Assembly: GCA_012295275.1 (NCBI GenBank)
Contig: CM022673.1
Span: 26,288,001 to 26,352,000, forward strand
Length of the DNA stretch: 64,000 bases
Source: Chrysomallon squamiferum
Taxonomy: Eukaryota > Animalia > Mollusca
Direction: 5' to 3'
Shown: piece after piece, positions 56,196 to 64,000 of the stretch
Layout: every line of letters begins with the position of its first letter
Numbering within the stretch: position 1 is the stretch's first letter
Translations under genes and position numbers: made by a program
The notes under the pieces: generated by a model
Seen by the model: only the letters and a program-made list of their open reading frames with translations
Database searches by the model: none
What the model was told of the DNA's origin: nothing

Positions 56196-59100
56196 TGAAA
56201 AAAAAAGGAATTATTTAGCTGATAAAAGAATTCATTTGTAATAAATAAACCATGACAGAAACGTGTAGGTGTATGAATGTGTGTGTGCGTTGGTGCGTTA
56301 AATCTATTAGTCATAAAATTATTAAAAAATATTAAAATTCTGAAAACAAATTATACTACGAGCATAGATTTAATACCTTATATATTATGTTTTTATAGAA
56401 TTTATATCATTGCAGTTGTTAAATTATATTTTAAAAAATAAAACAATTGACTATTATCTTAATTCATTTTTTATCACTGTATATCTCTGTTAGGCTACCA
56501 CAACTGGTTATCTAAATGCGTGTTTTCTCAGTTTAGGGGAAGGTGGAAGTAAAAGATTTGTTTTTGCTGATTAAATATAGCTACATTCTTCTGAAGAAAT
56601 TATGTTAAAAATATTTTTCTTGGCATTATTTGCGAATGAAAGTGTGTGTATGCATACATATAAATGTGTGTGTATATTTGTTTGTGTATGTGTGTTTCTG
56701 TGTGTTTGGGTGTGTTTTGTGTGCACATGTACAATTACACATAACTGTATATGTGTACTTTTATTAACATCCAATGTGACCATGAAAATTCAGTCTAACA
56801 AAAGTGCAGTAAACTTTGGACACAACCTCTGTCTTATTCAGAGTATTGCCCAAAACTTTTCTTTCTTGTGACCATTAAGATCAAGAGTTAGATTTACTAA
56901 CACCAAAAATGTTTTTCATCTCAAACTTTTAACTGCAGGTGCAGTATAAAACTCGTATCTACCCAAACTTGACCTCTGATCAGCCAAGCTGATTTTAAGA
57001 TGGACAAAAATCAAAACATTAAGAGTCTGATGACACATATGTGTTGTATATGAAAATATATATATACATACGGTACATATATTGTATGAAATAAAAATTA
57101 AAAAGCCCCAGCATCCTTGAAACACACAATTAATATAAAAAAATATTAAAAAAAAGAAGATAGAAGTGTATTTGTGAAAATAACCGTAAGCAGTAATTAC
57201 CTCAGCAGACAGCAGTTCTCGGGAAAGCTCAGATCTCACAACTGGTTTGACAGCTCTTTGGGCCCCTTTTGTCTGGGCAAGCTCTTCATGTAATTCACTG
57301 TGTAGATATAAATCACAAGCAGAGTCTATCATATGTGTATGAATTCGTGTGTAAGTCTTTCATATGTTAAGTACCAGTGTAGCACAGTTTCAATACAGTT
57401 CAGACTAATGCAAAATGCACACAGTCATTTATAGACTTCTTTTTGAAATGCTGATATACAGACACAGATAACAGACATTAAATACCCAGTCAAATTTTGT
57501 ATCACGTTTTCTCTATAAGAAAAAAATTATATATATATATATCATAATGGTTATATTTTATTAATTTTTGGTTTGAATTATTTATTATTTAGTATTTGGG
57601 TTTTATTTATTTATTTGTTTGTTTGTTTATTTTTTTTTATTTTTTTTTTTTAATTTAATTTTTTTTTTTTTTTTTTTTTAAATATATATATATATAATCA
57701 GTTTTGATAAGTTAAAAATATACTGAAACATTTTATTATGTATTATATACACGTATAAGAACACAAGCAATACTGAGTTTTGTTTTTAATCAGTTATACA
57801 ACATTTAAATTCTTCTTTCTCTTTTTCTGTTTTTAATATTTTTCATTGTTCTTATCTAAAATGCATCATTTATTCACTAGTTAAAGTCACTGAAACTGCA
57901 AAATATGTATCAGTGCATATATGTGTATATGTATCTATGTATGTATGTATGTATCTATGTATGTTTATATGTATGTATATATGTATGAGTATGTATGTGT
58001 GTATGTATGTATGTATCTATGTATGTATGTATATATGTATGTACGTATTATCTAGGTGTGTGTGTGTGTGTATGGATATATATATAAATGTATGTATGGT
58101 AATTTAATCACGTGCACAAAAATCTACACAAATTAATGTAAGTACATTTGCTTCATTACCTAATAACTGTTTCTATATTTTGGTATTTCGGATAATACAC
58201 ATCAAAACAGTATTTACATGATCACTGTCAAAATGTTAAACACAACAGATTCAGTTCATGCATTTTGTAACATTATATTCTGTACTAAGCTTAAACTAAA
58301 TATTTAACTAAAAGGCAGGATTTACTTAATGTGTGTGTAAACTATATATATATATAAAATCATTTTATCACTGAAAAAAAGGATCAGCATTTTGACCAGT
58401 CATTATACATTTCAGTTATTAATTATGTTATATAACTGATTAAGAAAATTCTGCCTTAACGTTATTAAAACATATTAGTGAAAATAAAATAAAATAAAAT
58501 AAAATAATGCTTATTACAGTTATAATTACTATTATTTTAATACCTGTATCTTGAGGTCACTTTTAATAGGTCCAATCTATGGTCTTCCAACATTACATTT
58601 AAATCCATTCAAATACGAGAAAAAAAAAACCACCCCAAGAAATCAACTTTACATCTTCATTTGCCTTCCATTGACAAAAAAGAGTGTTGAAAACGCCTAA
58701 AAATCCTTCAGAGATATAGCAAAAGTGTGATTTCACCCAAAAAAAAAGGTTTTAAAAAGAGAAAAAAAACTAAACTGAAAGAAATCGAGTTAGAAGAGCG
58801 ATGAGGATATTTACTCGGTCCTGGTGATTATTGATAGAGTTTAATTTAATCAACATCTTTGAAGGACGAAGCAGGAAACGCTGGGAGGGCCCAACGACAA
58901 CATGGCTTCCCACTGGTCAGCGAAGGAACGCTGTGGGTGAGCATGTTTGGCTTGGGTCCTGTGCTCACAAGAATCCACTGAGCAAATGGAGAATGTTTGA
59001 CCTGTGGCACACTAAAGTATGTGTACTGTCAGCATGCAAATGCAATGGTGTGATCAATGCGAAACATTACATGCAGAATGTTTGTGGTTATAAACATCAC

Positions 59101-62100
59101 ATTGCAGAAATGCCTGTCAGCATTTGTTACATTTCTTAGTTTGTTTTGTTTTTTGAATTTTTTTGTTTTTTTTATCAAAAGGAAGATGATATTTCTCATT
59201 TGAAATGCTTAAAATCAAATTGTAATCAGAAAACAAATTTTTATTTCAAAATGAAATGCTTATACAATTAATTTATTATATCTATATAATTTAGGTTTGT
59301 TTAAATTAAATTTATAATCTTTAAACTAAGTTTTCAGGTTTTGAAATGTTTAAAACTAAATTTATAATATTCAAAAATTAGGTTTCATATTTTGAAAAGC
59401 TTAAAACTAGATTATATTATTTACAAATTTAATAACAGACCTTTTATCTTTAAGTAATGCAATTTCAGTATCTTGAAGTTCTCTTTTTTTTTTTTTTTTG
59501 GTGAAAGATCTTTTAAAGAAAACTTGAATAACAATTTTATCTGAATAAGAAAATAAACCCCCCAAAACTAGACAAAGCATAAATATATTATGTTGTTTTA
59601 TGTTTTAAACTATAAGATAATAACACTTTTTATTTATTAAACAGCAATGTTTTTCAAACAAGATAATAAAATGAACATTTTTTGTGGAGATATCATAGAG
59701 TCTGAACTGTTACGGTTATTAACTTTTAACTTTTGACTTTTAATTTTTTATTTATTTTAATATAATATAAATCTGTTGAAGTAATATATTAAATAAGTTT
59801 TAAATTTGTTTTGGATAATATTACAGGTCAATATTGATTACTCACAACAAATTTGGCAAAATGCCAAATTCAAACAAACAAACAGGGAAAAAAATAATAA
59901 TGCATGAAGTTGCTTTTAAAATCTATTTTAATTGATATTAATAATTTGCTATTTTAATCAGTGGAGGCATTTCATTAATGTGGTTCTAAAGATGAGTAAA
60001 CTATTCATTTAATAACAATTCAAAACAATTTCATTGTGGACAATTATTAGGTGTTGTACATATTTTTGTTCCTGGTTTTTGTTCACTTTTTTAACAAACA
60101 TGATGAGATAAGAAAGGAAGCCCAATCCCATAATTCACTGGGCTTATTATTAACTAACAATGGATATGCGCCAGCCAATAAGCAGGAAAGCACACACAAT
60201 AATTTTTTTATAAATCAGTTGCAGGGCACTGTCTGGAACAGGAAATAGCTCACTGGAACATTGATTTGTAACAATAATAATTAAAAGATAAAATTAAATG
60301 TTAAAACATTTCAATTAAACCAGTAGCAGCCACTGTAAACTGTTGATAATTACTTCCATTGTTAGTAATGAAATAACATTAATTTTAATTACACCAGCAC
60401 ATTACTAAATCTTTACTAAAATCATTCAAAAACTTTTTTCAAAACAAATATCTACAAACTTCAATGTAATATACTTACTCTGTTATCAGTTTCATTACAC
60501 AATAAATTAACTGAAGGAAAATAAATAAAAGAAAAAAATGGCAATAAATATAAAAAAAAAAAAAAAAAAAAAAAAAATAGTAATAATAATAAATTACCTG
60601 TCATGTGTCTTACTAATGGGTTTGTTTTGTTTCGTTTTATGTTGTTGTTATTTTTTTGTTTTTTTTAAATTCCTCCAAGCTAGATTACAAAGAGTTCAGC
60701 CAAATTTGAGATGATTCAGTTTCACGCCTTAAAGAACAGTTTACACATTCATTTCTTACAGAAATGCTGAACTGGCTACCACAGATCGTTTCGAACAGCT
60801 TCCAGGCAGAGTGAAAACTGAAAACGTAATTTTATTTGTACAAGCATTACTTTAGCGTGCACTCTGTTATAACAGTGGAGTAATCAGCCCTCCTGTTAGA
60901 CACACACTGGGCTGATTGTGACAAGATTTCACATAAGACGTTATTCAAACAATCAAATATTTGTTGCAGTCCCCACTATTGACTCCAGATCTCGGTGAGA
61001 ACGTAATTTCCATTTGAGAGTTCGTTCTGTGGAATGGTTATGTTTCAACATTATTATTTCTTAAACATATAATTTAGAAAAGAAAAAAAAGATGTATAAA
61101 TATTACCTTTTATATATCTGCTCTTCTGTTAATATTATTTAAGTGGGAAGGTTGGTAATAAACCAGCAACAATAAAAAAAAAAAAAAAAAAAAAAAAAGA
61201 AAGAAAAACCCACAAGACGAGAAAAAATGGTGGGAAAAAATTAAATAAATATTTGCTGAATAGTGAAAAAAAAAAAAGAAAAAAAATAATAAAGAAGAAA
61301 AAGATATTTTAAAAAGAAGAAGAAGAAAAAGCAAGGGAATAAATATGTTGGAATGAAATAAGATCAAATAACACAATAATTTTTTTTTTTTTTTTTTTTT
61401 TTATCTGAATATGTAATGTTACTATGTTACTGACACAGATGTGGCTCAAAAGCAAACAGACAGCAGTTCAAATATAGAACACAGGACTGAAGCTTGACTG
61501 TTCTCAGGATCAGTCCTCTTCAGTGTATGGAGTTCCCATTCCAACCAGAACTCCAAAATCTTGTAAAAGGAATCTTGCTGCTGGTCAATAATAGTAATTT
61601 ATGAAATGATTGTACCTGATTTCTTTTCATGTGCAGTAAATAAGACATTAAATGCATCAATAATTTTTGTTGTTGGTATTACTGTTATTGCCACTGCAAC
61701 TGCTATTACTACAACCATAACAACTGCTACAACATAACATTTCTTTTTAAATATAAAAAGAAAACACACACACCTATTTAAATCATTATTATTATTATTA
61801 CTATTATTACTGTTGCTGCTGCTGTTACTACTACTACTGCTACTACTACTATATTACTACAACCATTACTGCTATTACAATTACTGTTACTACCTCTACT
61901 AGCACAACTACTACTACTACTGCTATTATTACTGAATAGAGACAGTAATAAAAGAGAAGCAAAATATTTTATTACTCAGAGGTGATTCATTGCTTTCTCT
62001 TTCCTTATGATTTACATTTAAGCAGTTATGGTAGCAGTATTAATAGCTGTTTTATGTGTGTGTATGTGTATCTATGTACATATATATGTATATATGAATT

Positions 62101-62326
62101 TTCATTTTCTATTTAGCATTTAAAATATCCTTTTGTCTTAGGAACAAGTAAAAACTTTATAATAATTACATTAAGAGAAGAATTAAAACAGAAATACAAA
62201 AACATGAAAGACTGAGTAAACCTTGTTTTTTTTTTCATCTTTAAACTTAACCATATGTTTACACAAAGGTTTTTAAATATGTAAGGTAATATTATTGAAA
62301 TAATAATAATAATGATAATAATAATA

Positions 62327-62402
<76 letters not shown>

Positions 62403-62623
62403 TATGTATTAAGCACTGATCACACACTCAAATCACATAATATCCAAAGCAGTGGTAAAAAAATATATATTACTGCAACTACAGTAGTAAATGATATTTT
62501 CTACTGAATCAAAAATCCATTTATATAAATATAAATGAAAGTATCGAAAACACAAGTCTGAACATTGGGGATTGCGGAAGGCGGGTCAGCAAGAGAAGGA
62601 AATAAAAACCAAAAAGAAACGTT

Positions 62624-62731
62624 ATGGCTGACGAAAACGACGGCGTCCTTCGAGACCTACAAGCTCAAATAAAAGAAGCCGATATTCCTGCTGGACGTTT
62701 GTCAACGCTCGCAAAACAAGGTGATGAAAAG
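62624..62731 (+). CDS. First coding exon of an unidentified gene (possibly an ankyrin-repeat protein)
   Basis: ATG in a CpG-rich patch; MADENDGVLRDLQAQIKEADIPAGRLSTLAKQGDEK; phase-0 donor AAG|GTAATT at 62731/62732. Too short for the ORF track. Confidence 0.7.
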
Positions 62732-63101
62732 GTAATTGTCATTTAGAAAATAAAATAAAGATATTAATTCTTAAGAATGTTTCCATTTATATTACTAAAG
62801 TTAATAGTAATATTATTGAGTTTCTAAGGCTTAACAAAAGTCTTATCGATCATGCGATTGTTACTGAAGCCGATGGTTAATGCATGGTTACAAATAAATA
62901 GATGGTATTTTAACGTTTATTTTCACGAACTAAAGTTTAAAATTTTATCTGATAGTGACCCTAGTACAGCGTTTATAAAATGTTATTTTGTTTCTGCGCA
63001 CTTGTCTGTGACATTTTAACATGAATAATTAATTTAAAATATTTTGGACAACAAAAAAGTATTCTACACAGTAACACACTTGTGTCTTGATGAAGTAATA
63101 A

Positions 63102-63160
<59 letters not shown>

Positions 63161-63861
63161 TAAATCTCTTTTACCTATCGGCCATCGTGATCGCCAAATG
63201 TTAATAATTTTTTTTTTTTTAAATTAATGTTGTTGTTTTTTGTTTTTTTTTTTAAATAATTTTAATTTATATTATTTATTGCCTTAATATTGGTTGGGAA
63301 TATTCCGAATGAAGGATGCAAACCATTGTCAGAATAATTTAGAAGACATTTGAGCCTAAGTGTAGATCATAACACTAGTTTAGAAATATATGAAACAATG
63401 TGTATTGATAATGAGCATTTATTTAAAAAATAATAATAAATAAAAATAAATTTACTAAATCAGTTTTGAACTATATTATTAGAATTAAATTATAGAGAAG
63501 TTTAATTATTTATAGGCCCCTATCATTTAAATTTGTTTTCATTGATGGTGTAATAATTTTTTAAATATATGTTTGTCACATTTTTAGCAAATGATCATTA
63601 TTTAACTTTCAGTTAACACAGTGTGTTTTTTATTACTTTATAATATATAATTGTTACTAATTTTACATATGTCCTTGGCATAATTAAGGATTTTATAATT
63701 ATAATTATGACAGCATATAAACATATGATATATCATTCCTTCAGTTCCAGCAGATTAAAAAAAAAATGAATACACAAAAACAGAAATATTTATTTATTTA
63801 TTTTGAAATAAATGATTAAAATAGAGCTATGTTATATATCAAAATATTGTCTTTGTTTCAG

Positions 63862-63940
63862 TTAGTTCAGGCATTCCTTGGTGAAAATATCAAAGTTAAA
63901 AAATCTGGTCCTGAAGCCATACAAAGTCAGTTGTATATTG
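63862..63940 (+). CDS. Second coding exon of the same gene; gene continues beyond the window
   Basis: Acceptor CTTTGTTTCAG at 63861; open in phase 0 as LVQAFLGENIKVKKSGPEAIQSQLYI; donor G|GTGAGT at 63940/63941. Confidence 0.7.
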
Positions 63941-64000
63941 GTGAGTTTGCTGATTTTTTATAATTTCTATTTTTGTTTTTATATTGTTAATTTATGTATA

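Noticed and set aside
58540-59139. 102 aa ORF and adjacent repeat-like sequence
   Set aside because: No recognisable motif or convincing splice sites; possibly a transposon remnant but unsupported.

Overview
AT-rich, microsatellite-dense eukaryotic (animal, probably invertebrate/mollusc-like) genomic DNA; nearly all ORF-track entries are translations of simple repeats. Three spliced genes can be reconstructed. (1) A + strand two-coding-exon aminergic class A GPCR (17866-18246 + 29698-30349, 11.45 kb phase-2 intron inside the DRY motif). It carries both Asp3.32 and Asp5.42 (histamine H2 / diamine-TAAR-like pocket) and a single-base frameshift near 18058-18060. (2) A - strand gene for a ~1197 aa, mostly disordered protein with an N-myristoylation signal and KRAP-type proline motifs (46515-44240 + 43539-42222, possible extra terminal exon 41391-41355). 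(3) The first two exons of a + strand gene (62624-62731, 63862-63940), possibly ankyrin-repeat, running off the window. Non-coding features include two copies of a CCACAGATGTCTGT(CT)n minisatellite, a dimeric ~47 bp tandem array, a hAT-type MITE, SINE/LINE remnants and a visible CpG-rich to CpG-poor transition. A near-identical composite element also sits ~85 nt upstream of both GPCR splice acceptors. No prokaryotic-type system or CRISPR array is present, and I cannot support a wholly new biological system. The best leads are the dual-aspartate receptor with its frameshift and the duplicated pre-acceptor element.
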